Part shown: one piece after another, positions 9,447 through 19,347 of the stretch
Layout of the letters: each line of letters begins with the position of its first letter
Position numbering within the stretch: the first letter of the stretch is position 1
Assembly (NCBI GenBank): GCA_965218585.1
Contig: CBDCLE010000001.1
Span: 1 to 64,000 of the forward strand
Length of the DNA stretch: 64,000 bases
Direction of reading: 5' to 3'
DNA from: Terriglobia bacterium
GTDB lineage: Bacteria; Acidobacteriota; Terriglobia; 20CM-2-55-15
The notes under the pieces: generated by a model
The model's database searches: none
Seen by the model: the letters and a program-made list of their open reading frames with translations, nothing else
What the model was told of the DNA's origin: nothing
Translations under genes and position numbers: made by a program

Positions 9447-10284
9447 GCTTTTCCGTCGTAATAAGTTGGCGTTTGCCGGGTCGGTGATCGTTACGGTGAT
9501 TTCTCTCACCGCTATCCTGGCGCCGTGGCTTGCCCCCTACGATCCCGCTTTGCAACAGCTTCCCGACCGTCTGACGGGTCCGTCGTGGTCTCATCCGTTC
9601 GGAACCGACGAGTTGGGGCGGGACATTCTGTCTCGTGTCCTGATGGGCACCCGCGTCAGCATGCGGGTGGGCGCTACGGTCGTGCTGTTTTCAGCCCTTA
9701 TCGGAGTTCTGATCGGCGGCCTGGCAGGTTTCCGTGGAGGCCCGATCGACACGTTCATCACGGTCGTCGTGATTGATTCTTTTATGGCGTTTCCTGGCTT
9801 TCTTCTGGCGATCGCGCTGGTGGCGTTCTTGGGGCCCGGGCTCGACCGGATCATCTTCGCGCTGGTTGTGATGGGATGGGTTGGCTTTGCCCGGATGGCC
9901 CGGGGGCAGGTTCTCAAAGTGAAGACTCTGGATTTCGTGGAGGCCGCCCGTGCCCTGGGAGCTTCCGGCCCCCGAATTTTTCTACTGCATGTCCTGCCCA
10001 ATATTATCCAGCCACTTCTGGTTCAGGTCAGTGTCGGTATGGCGGTGGCCATACTTGCCGAAGCTTCCTTGAGTTTTCTCGGGCTGGGAATAGCGCCCCC
10101 GACGCCGAGCTGGGGTGCCATGCTCAATGAGGCACGCAATCATCTCTTCGATGCGCCCCACATGATCGTGTTTCCATCCCTCGTCCTTATGGCCACCGTC
10201 CTGTCCTTCAACCTGTTGGGTGATGGGATCCGCGACTGGCTCGACCCCAAGACCCTCCCCACGAACCAGAACATAGACCGATAG
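9439..10284 (+). CDS. Peptide/nickel ABC transporter permease (DppC-like)
   Basis: HPFGTDELGRD, FVEAARALGA, EASLSFLGLG..P.PSWG and FNLLGDGIRDWLDP. Confidence 0.92.
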   Translation: MTKLFRRNKLAFAGSVIVTVISLTAILAPWLAPYDPALQQLPDRLTGPSWSHPFGTDELGRDILSRVLMGTRVSMRVGATVVLFSALIGVLIGGLAGFRGGPIDTFITVVVIDSFMAFPGFLLAIALVAFLGPGLDRIIFALVVMGWVGFARMARGQVLKVKTLDFVEAARALGASGPRIFLLHVLPNIIQPLLVQVSVGMAVAILAEASLSFLGLGIAPPTPSWGAMLNEARNHLFDAPHMIVFPSLVLMATVLSFNLLGDGIRDWLDPKTLPTNQNIDR

Positions 10285-10287
10285 CTC

Positions 10288-10445
10288 GGATTCAACCGAG
10301 AGGCGTAGAGGTCTATAGATTGGGAAGTATCTCTGGGTCAACATCAGCGGGTTATCAACAACGTCCTGCCGACCCGGGAACTCAGTGCAAACCGGACGTC
10401 AGCACCCTATCCTTTTCTCGTCTCTGCGTCTCTGCGTTGAAATCC
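10288..10445. repeat. Degenerate REP-like inverted repeat pair (ACGCAGAG type)
   Basis: GGATTCAACCGAGAGGCGTAGAG ... CTCTGCGTCTCTGCGTTGAAATCC between convergent genes. Confidence 0.5.
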
Positions 10446-10705
10446 TAAGTTCCGGTGGCGAGGAATTTGTCGCGGCAGTCTTCAGAACAGAAATAGAAAG
10501 TTTCGGATCCAGCGGTGATGGATGGAGATTCATTGGGCGTGACGTAGGTTCCGCAGATCGGGTCCTTCATGAGCTTGCCTTTGCTCTTGGACTGCCTGTC
10601 TTTTTCAGATGAAGGCCGGGCAGCCGGTGCGAACATTCCCCGCAGTGCCGAGATGGCTGCCATGACGATGAAGAATACGATGAGGACCCGGATGAGGAAT
10701 CTCAT
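10445..10705 (-). CDS. YHS-domain small membrane protein
   Basis: N-terminal transmembrane segment; KDPICGTYV...FYFCSEDCRDKF. Confidence 0.85.
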   Translation of the reverse strand: MRFLIRVLIVFFIVMAAISALRGMFAPAARPSSEKDRQSKSKGKLMKDPICGTYVTPNESPSITAGSETFYFCSEDCRDKFLATGT

Positions 10706-10713
10706 AGGACCAG

Positions 10714-11304
10714 CTATCGAGAAAGGGGACTGCCCCCGGCGGCTGCAATTCGCTCCCGAATGGAAGCGATCCCGGAATACGTGGGATCGATCGCTTCAAT
10801 CTGACCGAGTGCAGCCTCGGCAGAAAAGACGTCGTTCCTGGAGTCGAGATAAGCCAGGGCCAGATTGTGGAGAGCCAGGATATAGGTCGGGTCCGTTTCG
10901 AGCGCTCGTTGAAGTTCTTCGATCGCTTCGTCGATCTGTCCTGAACCATATAAGGCCGTGGCCATCGCGGTTCGAACCGGGACATCCCCGGGGGTCATTT
11001 CCAGAGCGTCTCGAAACCACTCGGCTGATTCCGCGTATCGATTGAGGTCAAAAAGAAGGTCGGCGTAGCGTGTCATGAGCTCCGGGTCATTCGGACTGGA
11101 AGCGAGTGCGTCTTCGAAAAACGCCAGCATGTCGTTGTCGGTAATTTCGGGGTGTTCTGCGGCAGTGGATTCGAACGATCCCACCAACGCTTCGGCTTCC
11201 ATTTGCCTTCTGGATTCGAGACGGTAACTTCCGTAGACGTAGGCGATCGCAGAACCGAGAATGATGCCCAGGATCGCGAAATGGATGTTCTTGGAGTTGA
11301 GCAT
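10714..11304 (-). CDS. Membrane-anchored TPR protein
   Basis: N-terminal transmembrane segment followed by TPR-like helices (ALETDPTYILALHNLA). Confidence 0.8.
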   Translation of the reverse strand: MLNSKNIHFAILGIILGSAIAYVYGSYRLESRRQMEAEALVGSFESTAAEHPEITDNDMLAFFEDALASSPNDPELMTRYADLLFDLNRYAESAEWFRDALEMTPGDVPVRTAMATALYGSGQIDEAIEELQRALETDPTYILALHNLALAYLDSRNDVFSAEAALGQIEAIDPTYSGIASIRERIAAAGGSPLSR

Positions 11305-11359
11305 GGAAGCGATCAGAGGGAAGGGCTGCTCCTTCCCTCAAGGTTGAGAAGAGAGCCCT

Positions 11360-12328
11360 TTACTGACCCACCGTAGCCTGCGCTGCAGCGAGCAGCCCAC
11401 GTGCCGCCTCGGCGTTGGGGCTGTCCGGGGCTAATTCCAGGAACGTTTCCAGCGCAGGTATGGCGTCCGGGATCGTCTCTGCGCTGCCGAAGTAGGCAAT
11501 CGCAATCTGGTAGTAGGCATCCGCGTTGGTCGGATCCAGTTCGACGGCTCTCTCGTAAGCGGCGACAGCGTCTGTCATCCTGCCGCTATTGGTCAACAGC
11601 ACGCCCAGGTTGAAGTACGCATCGCCCCCGATTTCGGGCATCAACTGGGCAGCCTGATCCAGAGCTTCAATCGCCCGGTCGATCTGACCGGCGTTTCCAT
11701 AAGCCACACCCATGTTGTTGTAGTACGCAGCTTCAGCCGGTGCGAGGAGAATAGCCTTCTGATAGGTCTCGGCGGCTTCCTCATGCCGTCCCGCTCCGGC
11801 CAGTGCGCCGGCCAGGTTCCCGAAGATGACGTGCTGTGTCTCGTCGCTTTCCGCGGCGATCGTCAGCTGGGCGACGGCCTCTTCGAAATCCCCGGCATCC
11901 AGTGCCGCTCGGCCCAGGTCAAACGCAGCCGACGTGGCTTCTGACCGCGCCCGCGTTTCCATTGCCGCACGCGCCTCAGGCGTATCCGCCAGTGCCGGCA
12001 GGTCAAAATCAGTCTGTTCTTCTTCATTCGAATCAACCGTGATGCCATCGACGAACGTCAGGTTCGAACCGTTAACCTGCAGCGTGACCCGATAGTTGCC
12101 CCGCGGTACGGCGATCCTGTAATTGCCGTCCGCTCCGGTTTCAGTTTCGAATTCTTGGTCGATGTCCGTGCGTTGGATCAACATGACGGCTCCGGCCAGG
12201 GGCGTACCGTCAAAATTGATCACCTCGCCCAAAATGGTGCCGGTCTGCGCTTGCGATGGGAGCGCAAAGGCCAGAACGAGCAGCGCCAGAGGCAAGACAC
12301 GACTAGCAAATTTCATTGGAACCTCCAT
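11360..12328 (-). CDS. Secreted carboxypeptidase-regulatory-like domain + TPR protein
   Basis: Signal peptide, GTPLAGA..ETGADGNY..GNYRVT domain, then multiple TPRs; start may be 12316. Confidence 0.82.
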   Translation of the reverse strand: MEVPMKFASRVLPLALLVLAFALPSQAQTGTILGEVINFDGTPLAGAVMLIQRTDIDQEFETETGADGNYRIAVPRGNYRVTLQVNGSNLTFVDGITVDSNEEEQTDFDLPALADTPEARAAMETRARSEATSAAFDLGRAALDAGDFEEAVAQLTIAAESDETQHVIFGNLAGALAGAGRHEEAAETYQKAILLAPAEAAYYNNMGVAYGNAGQIDRAIEALDQAAQLMPEIGGDAYFNLGVLLTNSGRMTDAVAAYERAVELDPTNADAYYQIAIAYFGSAETIPDAIPALETFLELAPDSPNAEAARGLLAAAQATVGQ

Positions 12329-13051
12329 CTATCTATTCACTCCTGCAAACTGTGGTTTCGCTTCATACGGGATGGGGTCTGTCAGGTCAGCTTCGTGGAA
12401 GGCCCGAAGCCGTAGCAGGCAGCTGTCACAGGTGCCACAAGCCATTCCCTCGTGACGGTAACAGGACCATGTCTTGTCTAATGGTGCCCGCAGATCGAAA
12501 CCTCTCTGTACAATTTCCGATTTCCGTAACTGAATCAACGGTGTCTCGACTCGAAGTCGGGTCGTCGGCCGTGTTCCAACCTCGATGAGAGCATTCATTA
12601 CGTCGTAGTATTCCGCCCGGCAATCCGGATATCCGGAACTATCTTCAGCTACAGCTCCTATAAAAACCTTTTCCGCACCGATTACTTCTGCCCACGAGAC
12701 CGCAATCGACAGGAAGTGGGCGTTTCGGAACGGAACATAAGTATTTGGAATATTCTGGCTCTCGAGATCTCCTTCGGGGACTGCGATTTCGCTGTCGGTC
12801 AGACTTGACCCACCGATCTTGCCAAAGTAATCCAGGTCCACCGCCAGCCGGCCTTCTATCGAAAAATGGTCCGCCTGGGCATGGAAGGCTTCCAGTTCCC
12901 GCTCCTGGGTTCTTTGCCCGTAGTTTGCGTGCAACCCGAAGAGTCGATAGTCGGTCCGGGCAATGGCGGTCGTGACACAGCTATCCAGTCCTCCACTCAT
13001 GAGAACGACAGCCTTGGGAGTTCCAGATGGTGTCGGATTTGTTCCAGGCAT
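12329..13051 (-). CDS. queC: 7-cyano-7-deazaguanine synthase
   Basis: SGGLDS, YGQR, TYVPFRN, YPDCR and TWSCY..CGTCDSC. Confidence 0.95.
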   Translation of the reverse strand: MPGTNPTPSGTPKAVVLMSGGLDSCVTTAIARTDYRLFGLHANYGQRTQERELEAFHAQADHFSIEGRLAVDLDYFGKIGGSSLTDSEIAVPEGDLESQNIPNTYVPFRNAHFLSIAVSWAEVIGAEKVFIGAVAEDSSGYPDCRAEYYDVMNALIEVGTRPTTRLRVETPLIQLRKSEIVQRGFDLRAPLDKTWSCYRHEGMACGTCDSCLLRLRAFHEADLTDPIPYEAKPQFAGVNR

Positions 13052-13174
13052 GCAGCTTTAGACCAACCCCCCTTCAGTTTAGTTTTCCGGGGCACACAAA
13101 GTCAAAGCTTTAGAGGGATCTCGGTCGACCAGCAAACAATTGTAAACCTAGAGGAAAGCTGGGCTTATTAGAAC

Positions 13175-13834
13175 TCAAACACCCCGCACCTCGGCGCCCC
13201 ATATGTACTTGTGGATTTGCAGCCCGATTCGGACATCGAGGCCGTCGGAGAGGACCCAATTGGAAAGTTCCTGAGCGGAAAGCCGGCCGTGCGTTGGCGA
13301 AAATAGAACCGTGTTCTGTTTCTGGGCTAAATGCTGACGAAAGAAGTTTCGCGACCATTCGTAGTCTCGGCGCGAGGAAATCACAAACTTGAACTCATCG
13401 TGGGCTGCTGCGATGTCGAGGTTCTTCTCGGCGAATGTTCCGCCTTCGCTGCTGTCAGGGCACTTGACGTCGATGATCTTGATGACTTCCCTAGGAACTT
13501 CGGTTAAGGGAACATGGCCTCCGGTTTCCAGCATGACCGTAAAGCCCGTCTCGAGGAATGCCTTCATCAGAGGATAGACGCCGGGCTGTTCGGTGGGTTC
13601 ACCACCGGTGATTTCGACCAGCCGCGTCGGCGTGTCTGATGCCTTGCCGAGGACTTCGTCGATCGCCATCTCCTGACCGCCTCCGAATGCATACGGCGTG
13701 TCGCAGTAGTTGCATCGGAGGCTGCACCCTGTCAGACGAACGAACACGCAGGGTTTTCCTGCATGGGATGACTCGCCCTGGATCGAATGGAAGATCTCGG
13801 TGACTTGTATCATGTTTGCTTCGGATGCCTTCAT
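13175..13834 (-). CDS. queE: 7-carboxy-7-deazaguanine synthase (radical SAM)
   Basis: EIFHSIQGE, CSLRCNYCDT, TGGEP and LQIHKYIW. Confidence 0.93.
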   Translation of the reverse strand: MKASEANMIQVTEIFHSIQGESSHAGKPCVFVRLTGCSLRCNYCDTPYAFGGGQEMAIDEVLGKASDTPTRLVEITGGEPTEQPGVYPLMKAFLETGFTVMLETGGHVPLTEVPREVIKIIDVKCPDSSEGGTFAEKNLDIAAAHDEFKFVISSRRDYEWSRNFFRQHLAQKQNTVLFSPTHGRLSAQELSNWVLSDGLDVRIGLQIHKYIWGAEVRGV

Positions 13835-15732
13835 GGACGTGTTCCCTCGACTCGTGCCGAGGCCTCATCCGCGAGAAATTTTTCCAGCTCTTCCACGCGA
13901 TCGACGATCGCGTAGTCGGGAAGACTGGACAGGAACAACTTGCCCCAGCCCCGGGTACGCAACCGGCTGTCAAGGACGGCAAGAATGCCGCGGTCGGTCC
14001 GTGAACGGATCAGCCGACCGAACCCCTGCTTCAACTTCAGTATGGCTGCCGGAACCTGATAGTCGGAGAAGGGGTTTCCACCTTCGGTTTCTATCTGACG
14101 AATTCGAGCCTGTACCAGGGGATCGGACGGCACCTGGAAAGGCAGCTTGTCGATGATGACGCAGCTGAGCGCGTCTCCCTTCACGTCAATCCCCTGCCAA
14201 AAACTAGACGTAGCAAACAATACGGAGTTTTCCTTCTTGCGAAACTTTTCCAGTAGACGGCTCCGACTGGTCTTTCCTTGCAAAAGTGTCGGGTAGGGGA
14301 GCTTGGGAGCTAATATCTTGTAGCAGGCCTGCATCTGCTGGTAGCTGGTGAAGAGAACGAATGCGCGTCCCCGGGAAACCTTGAGTATGTTCTCGATTTC
14401 TTCGGAGGCCTGTCCGATATAGGCCGGGTTCCGGTAATCGGGCAGGTGAGCGGGTATGTAGAGAGCCGCCTGTTTCTGAAAGTCAAACTCAGTGGAGAGC
14501 GTATCCCCGGCGACATCCTCAAGCCCGATACGGGACTGCATGTAACGCGTTGATCCGCCCACCGTCAACGTGGCCGAAGTCAGGACGCACGTGGGAACCT
14601 TTTCGAAAAGACTTTCCCGGAGAAGAGGCGACACGTCTATGGGACACGCTTCAAGGAAGACGCCACGCCCGCGGCGGTCGAGCCACGAGACATAGTTGTC
14701 GGGATTGCCGTTCTTGAAGACTTCCAGTTCGGAGGAAAGTTCTCCGGATCGCCGTGCGAGGTTTTCCCATTCGCCTCTCAAGTCCAGTTGTTGTTTGAAA
14801 AAACGGTTTACTTCGTAGAGCTCATCGATGAGTTGATCGATGTTGTGGAGTTCAGGCAGCGGGTGACGTCCGTCCCTCAACAGCTGAAATCCGCCGAAGA
14901 AATGGTCTGAAGCGCGGCCCAACGCTCCGAGTGCCCCCTCGATTCCGACTTCCAGTTCATGTGCCAGGGCCCGAGCATCGAAAAGAAGTTCCTGCATGCG
15001 GTAGTTGCTGACATGAAAACCGAAATAGCCGGTCGCAATATCTTCCAGCTCGTGCGCTTCATCGAAGATGACGGCAGTGTAGTCCGGCAGAATCTGAGCC
15101 ATTTCCGATTCGCGGATGGCCAGGTCTGCGAAGAACAGATGGTGGTTCACGACGACGATGTCCGATTCCATCGCCTTCTGGCGCATCAGCGTCAGGAAGC
15201 AGGCTTCGAATTCTTCGCAGCGGCTACCGAGGCACCGTTCCCGACGGGCGTCGAGACGGCCCCAGAGTTCATCGTCGTCTGAGATCGAAACCAGTTCTGC
15301 GCGATCACCTGTTTCAGTCGTTGCCGACCACTCGGCGATTTCACCGAAATTGTCCAGTTCCATCGGCGTGAACAGCCCTTCTTCCTGAAATGTATGCAGT
15401 TTCAATTTGCACAGGTAGTTGTTCCGGCCTTTCAGGTAGGCGGCCCGGACCTTTCGGCCCAGGATCTTTTCAAGCAGCGGGATGTCCTTGTAAAAGATCT
15501 GATCCTGAAGCGCCTTGGTTCCAGTGGAAACCATTAGCCTTTGCCCGTGCATCAGCGCGGGAGCCAGATAGGCCAGAGTCTTTCCGGTCCCCGTTCCGGC
15601 TTCTATGATGGCGTGATTCTGCTTTTTCAGCGCCTGGGTGACAATCTCCGCCATCCGTTCCTGGGACGGCCGGGGCTCATAGTCTTCCAGCTTTTGTGAA
15701 AGAAGACCGTTGGGTGAAAAGAAATCGTTCAT
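13831..15732 (-). CDS. dinG: DinG/YoaA-family ATP-dependent helicase
   Basis: EAGTGTGKT, KGRNNYLC with Fe-S cysteines, DEAH, SATL, FWQGID and QGFGRLIR. Confidence 0.9.
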   Translation of the reverse strand: MNDFFSPNGLLSQKLEDYEPRPSQERMAEIVTQALKKQNHAIIEAGTGTGKTLAYLAPALMHGQRLMVSTGTKALQDQIFYKDIPLLEKILGRKVRAAYLKGRNNYLCKLKLHTFQEEGLFTPMELDNFGEIAEWSATTETGDRAELVSISDDDELWGRLDARRERCLGSRCEEFEACFLTLMRQKAMESDIVVVNHHLFFADLAIRESEMAQILPDYTAVIFDEAHELEDIATGYFGFHVSNYRMQELLFDARALAHELEVGIEGALGALGRASDHFFGGFQLLRDGRHPLPELHNIDQLIDELYEVNRFFKQQLDLRGEWENLARRSGELSSELEVFKNGNPDNYVSWLDRRGRGVFLEACPIDVSPLLRESLFEKVPTCVLTSATLTVGGSTRYMQSRIGLEDVAGDTLSTEFDFQKQAALYIPAHLPDYRNPAYIGQASEEIENILKVSRGRAFVLFTSYQQMQACYKILAPKLPYPTLLQGKTSRSRLLEKFRKKENSVLFATSSFWQGIDVKGDALSCVIIDKLPFQVPSDPLVQARIRQIETEGGNPFSDYQVPAAILKLKQGFGRLIRSRTDRGILAVLDSRLRTRGWGKLFLSSLPDYAIVDRVEELEKFLADEASARVEGTRP

Positions 15733-15797
15733 TAGAGGTAAAAGGCGTGTGGCCCCAAAGGATTGTGCCACCGCCTGCCAGTGTATACTCGCTGGGA

Positions 15798-15887
15798 TAA
15801 AAGTGGGGACAGGTCACTCTTTTTGGTCCAAGAGGAGGAGCTTGCTACTGTTTCGAATGCAAACAGAGTGACCTGTCCCCTCTTTTA
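15798..15887. repeat. 90-bp inverted-repeat element, copy 3
   Basis: Arms 15798-15826 (TAAAAGTGGGGACAGGTCACTCTTTTTGG) and 15859-15887 (GCAAACAGAGTGACCTGTCCCCTCTTTTA); 32-nt spacer. Confidence 0.9.
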
Positions 15888-15900
15888 GAAGATTGGACTT

Positions 15901-16320
15901 ATGCTTCGAATTCCCAAAGATGTAATGAACGCGATCCAGGGGCACATGGAAGAGACCTACCCCCACGAATGCTGTGGCCTGATCATCGGTACAATAGAAG
16001 GACAGGCAAGAGTTGCGGCAACGTCTTGGAGATGTGGAAACCTCAACAAGGAACGAGCCGTGGATCGTTACGAATTGGATCCAAAGGACATGTTGGCCGC
16101 ACAGAAGGAATTTCAAGACGGGCTGCTCGACATCATCGGGATCTATCATTCGCATCCGGACCACCCATCGCGTCCGTCCGAGTTTGACACCGATCACGCC
16201 TGGGTCGGCTGGTCGTATATGATTGGGTCGGTAGAGAAAGGGAAGGTCGGTCCGGTTCAGAGTTGGGAATTGAACGAATCCGAGCACCGATTTGACGAAG
16301 AACGGATCGAGATTGAGTGA
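15901..16320 (+). CDS. JAB/MPN (M67) metallopeptidase, Mec-like
   Basis: YPHECCG and the JAMM motif YHSHPDHPSRPSEFD. Confidence 0.9.
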   Translation: MLRIPKDVMNAIQGHMEETYPHECCGLIIGTIEGQARVAATSWRCGNLNKERAVDRYELDPKDMLAAQKEFQDGLLDIIGIYHSHPDHPSRPSEFDTDHAWVGWSYMIGSVEKGKVGPVQSWELNESEHRFDEERIEIE

Positions 16321-16336
16321 GAGGAGCCTTTACAGG

Positions 16337-16615
16337 ATGAGTGTGAACGTTAAGATACCGACGCCTTTGAGAACATTGACTGCCGGTAAGGCGGAAGTCC
16401 CTGTGGAGGCCGCAACCGTCGAGGAGGCACTCACCAAACTCAACGGAGAATTTGACGGGCTGGGTGAGAAGATCTTTGACGAGAATGGACAGATCCGCCG
16501 CTTCATCAACGTATACGTCAACGAAGACAATATCAAGGATAGGAACGACCTCGCCACCGAGATTGGCCCCGGCGACACGATCTCTATCCTTCCCTCCATA
16601 GCCGGCGGCTTTTAG
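16337..16615 (+). CDS. MoaD/ThiS ubiquitin-like sulfur carrier
   Basis: VKIPTPLR, RRFINVYVN and C-terminus SIAGGF. Confidence 0.9.
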   Translation: MSVNVKIPTPLRTLTAGKAEVPVEAATVEEALTKLNGEFDGLGEKIFDENGQIRRFINVYVNEDNIKDRNDLATEIGPGDTISILPSIAGGF

Positions 16616-16652
16616 CCCGCCGGGGACAGGAATTCTGCCCCCGGACCCTCAC

Positions 16653-17993
16653 ATGTCCGAGCCTTCTACAGAGCGTGCCCTCATCCCGCTGGTCGCCATC
16701 GTCGGTCGGCCCAACGTCGGCAAGTCGACGATATTCAATCGGCTGATCGGCCGTCGCCGATCACTCGTTTCCGATGAGCCGGGTATGACCCGGGATCGGA
16801 TTTACGGTTCGCTCGACTGGAACGGCGTGTCCTGCGAGGTAGTCGATACGGGCGGAATGGTTCCTAGCGAAGAGTCCGAGATTCCCCAGAAGATTCTCGA
16901 ACAGGCGCAGGTTGCGATTGAAGCGGCGTCTCTCTTGCTGTTCGTTGTCGATGGCCGGGGAGGACGAACCGGAGCGGACCAGGAGCTGGCGGAACTGCTT
17001 CGCAAGGTTGGACGCCCCGTATTTCTGCTGGTCAACAAGGTGGATTCCGACAAACAGGAGGCGGACACATCGGAATTTACCCGCCTCGGCTTTGATAAGA
17101 CATTTCCTATATCTGCGGAACATGGCCGCGGATTCACGGATCTCCTCGACGACGTGGCCCGACTCCTTCCCGAGACGCCGGACCCTCCAGAGGAGGAACG
17201 CGAGATCCGGGTCGCCATCATCGGACGTCCAAACGCCGGCAAGTCGACGCTTCTGAACGCGCTAGTCGAGGAAGAACGGGCCATGGTGTCGCCCATCGCC
17301 GGAACGACTCGGGATGCTATCGACAGCGTCGTAGAGAAGGACGGTCAAGTCTTCAGGTTCGTCGACACTGCGGGAATCCGCCAACGTTCCCGCAGCGGTG
17401 AGAAAGCGGACCGGTTGAGCATCATCATGGCCCGGAAACATCTGGAACTGAGTGACGTCGCCATTCTTCTCATCGATGGCGTGGAGTCGGTCACCTCGAT
17501 TGATGCGACGATCGGGGGATACGCTCACGAGTCCGGTCGCAGCGTGGTCATCGCCGTGAACAAATGGGATCTGGTGGAAAAGAACGCGTCCATCACCGCC
17601 GATTTCGAAAGGAAGATCCGAGAGAAGTTGAAATTTCTCGACTATGCCCCCATTGTTTTTGTTTCGGCCAAGACCGGTCAACGCGTCGGCCGGTTCTACG
17701 GGATCATCGCCGAGATATTCGAGCAACGCCGGCGTCGGATTCCAACCGGCGAACTGAACCAGTTCCTGGAGGAGGTGAAGTTCGAGCGTGGAGGGCTGCC
17801 CTCGGAAGTCAAGATTCGATATATCTCCCAGGTGCGGGCGTCGCCACCGACTTTCGCGGTTTTTGCGAATACATCACGCAAATTGCACTTCTCGTTCGAG
17901 CGTTTTCTGGCAAATCGTATTCGGGATCGATTCGTATTCAAGGGAACCCCGATTATAATCAAGCAGCGCACGCGCAGAAGGAGTGGTCGTTGA
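16653..17993 (+). CDS. der: Ribosome biogenesis GTPase Der
   Basis: Two G-domains ([18 protein letters not shown]) with DTGG/DTAG and NKVD/NKWD. Confidence 0.96.
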   Translation: MSEPSTERALIPLVAIVGRPNVGKSTIFNRLIGRRRSLVSDEPGMTRDRIYGSLDWNGVSCEVVDTGGMVPSEESEIPQKILEQAQVAIEAASLLLFVVDGRGGRTGADQELAELLRKVGRPVFLLVNKVDSDKQEADTSEFTRLGFDKTFPISAEHGRGFTDLLDDVARLLPETPDPPEEEREIRVAIIGRPNAGKSTLLNALVEEERAMVSPIAGTTRDAIDSVVEKDGQVFRFVDTAGIRQRSRSGEKADRLSIIMARKHLELSDVAILLIDGVESVTSIDATIGGYAHESGRSVVIAVNKWDLVEKNASITADFERKIREKLKFLDYAPIVFVSAKTGQRVGRFYGIIAEIFEQRRRRIPTGELNQFLEEVKFERGGLPSEVKIRYISQVRASPPTFAVFANTSRKLHFSFERFLANRIRDRFVFKGTPIIIKQRTRRRSGR

Positions 17994-18328
17994 GCAATCA
18001 AATTCCGGACAAGTTGTATTTCAAGATCGGTGAGGTTGCCGACATCGTTGGGGTCGAGGCCTACGTGTTGCGTTTCTGGGAGTCGGAGTTCTCCATGCTC
18101 TCGCCGAAGAAAACCGACTCCGGCCATCGCGTATATCGGAAAAAGGATGTCGAGACCGTGGTCCGGATCAAGGAACTCCTCTACGAGAAAGGGTATACGA
18201 TTGCCGGTGCCCGTAAACGTCTGCGGTCCCGGGATGGTGATCCTGCGGAGGAATTGCCCGAGGACGCGCTGCGCAAGGTCAGGAAAGGCCTTCGCGACAT
18301 CTTGACATTGCTCGACAGCAAAACCTAA
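17990..18328 (+). CDS. MerR-family transcriptional regulator
   Basis: [35 protein letters not shown]; TTG start overlaps the der stop. Confidence 0.88.
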   Translation: MSNQIPDKLYFKIGEVADIVGVEAYVLRFWESEFSMLSPKKTDSGHRVYRKKDVETVVRIKELLYEKGYTIAGARKRLRSRDGDPAEELPEDALRKVRKGLRDILTLLDSKT

Positions 18329-18338
18329 TGTAGCCGAA

Positions 18339-18412
18339 CGGGACGTGGCGCAGCTTGGTAGCGCGCACCCTTGGGGTGGGTGAGGTCGGAGGTTCAAATC
18401 CTCTCGTCCCGA
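18339..18412 (+). tRNA. tRNA-Pro(GGG)
   Basis: Acceptor stem CGGGACG/CGTCCCG, anticodon arm CACCC-TTGGGGT-GGGTG, T-loop TTCAAAT; CCA not encoded. Confidence 0.95.
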
Positions 18413-18437
18413 CTTTCCTTTCTGTTTTTCTCCTCCG

Positions 18438-19214
18438 ATGGACAAACGTATTCTCATCACGAATGACGACGGTGTCAGTGCTCCTGCGCTCACCGAGTTG
18501 GATCGTGCGTTGAAGAACTTAGGCCGTACGACGATTGTGGCCCCGGACCGCGAGATGAGTGCGGCCAGCCATTCGATTACCCTTAACCGCTCACTTCGCT
18601 ATCAACGATTGGCGGCCAACCGATTCGCCGTGGACGGGACCCCGGCCGACTGCGTGATTCTGGCCTGTCTTCGGATTCTGAAGTCCGATCCCGACCTGCT
18701 TGTTTCAGGAATCAACTGCGGCAAGAACGTGGGCGACGGTGTGACCTATTCGGGAACACTTGCGGCGGCCTTTGAGGGCGCGCTTCAGGGAATTCCCAGC
18801 ATTGCTGTTTCAGTTGAGTACAGTGACAAGGTCGACTATGAGGCTGCCGCCGACTTCACGGCCGTTCTTGCGCACAGGATACTCGGCGAAGGATTGCCTC
18901 CGGGCGTTGTTCTGAACCTGAATTTCCCCAGTGAATGGAATGGTGGAGTGATTTTGACCCGCCAGGGTGAAAAGGCAGGGAAGACCGTACTGATCGAAAA
19001 TCTGGATCCACGCGGTGAAGAGTACTTCTGGCTTCACGAGGAGTTACATGATCATGCCGATGTCCCGGCCGAGGATTTTCCTGCCGACAGCGACGTCATG
19101 TCCGAAGGCTACGCATCACTGACGCCGTTGCAGCTGGACAGGACCGCCTTTCGGTACTTCAAGCCTCTGTCGAAGTGGACAGATATTCTGGATGTGGCAA
19201 GGCGAGATCCGTGA
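18438..19214 (+). CDS. surE: 5'/3'-nucleotidase SurE
   Basis: ILITNDDG, VAP, GTPADCV, SGIN.G.N and YSGT. Confidence 0.95.
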   Translation: MDKRILITNDDGVSAPALTELDRALKNLGRTTIVAPDREMSAASHSITLNRSLRYQRLAANRFAVDGTPADCVILACLRILKSDPDLLVSGINCGKNVGDGVTYSGTLAAAFEGALQGIPSIAVSVEYSDKVDYEAAADFTAVLAHRILGEGLPPGVVLNLNFPSEWNGGVILTRQGEKAGKTVLIENLDPRGEEYFWLHEELHDHADVPAEDFPADSDVMSEGYASLTPLQLDRTAFRYFKPLSKWTDILDVARRDP

Positions 19215-19273
19215 TGCCTGCCAGACGCCGCCGACCCCTCGGGTGCTACATGCTAGAATAAATTGTCTTATTG

Positions 19274-19347
19274 CGGGACGTGGCTCAGTCTGGTAGAGCA
19301 CCCGGTTCGGGGCCGGGGGGTCGGAGGTTCAAATCCTCTCGTCCCGA
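19274..19347 (+). tRNA. tRNA-Pro(CGG)
   Basis: Acceptor stem CGGGACG/CGTCCCG, anticodon arm CCCGG-TTCGGGG-CCGGG, T-loop TTCAAAT. Confidence 0.93.

Noticed and set aside
12329-15732. QueC/DinG anti-phage or DNA deazaguanine-modification system
   Set aside because: Canonical queC-queE and YoaA-type helicase among housekeeping genes; no dpd or qat partners.
2137-15887. CRISPR array (29-bp repeat, 32-nt spacer)
   Set aside because: Repeats are inverted single pairs kilobases apart, with no tandem array and no cas genes in the window.
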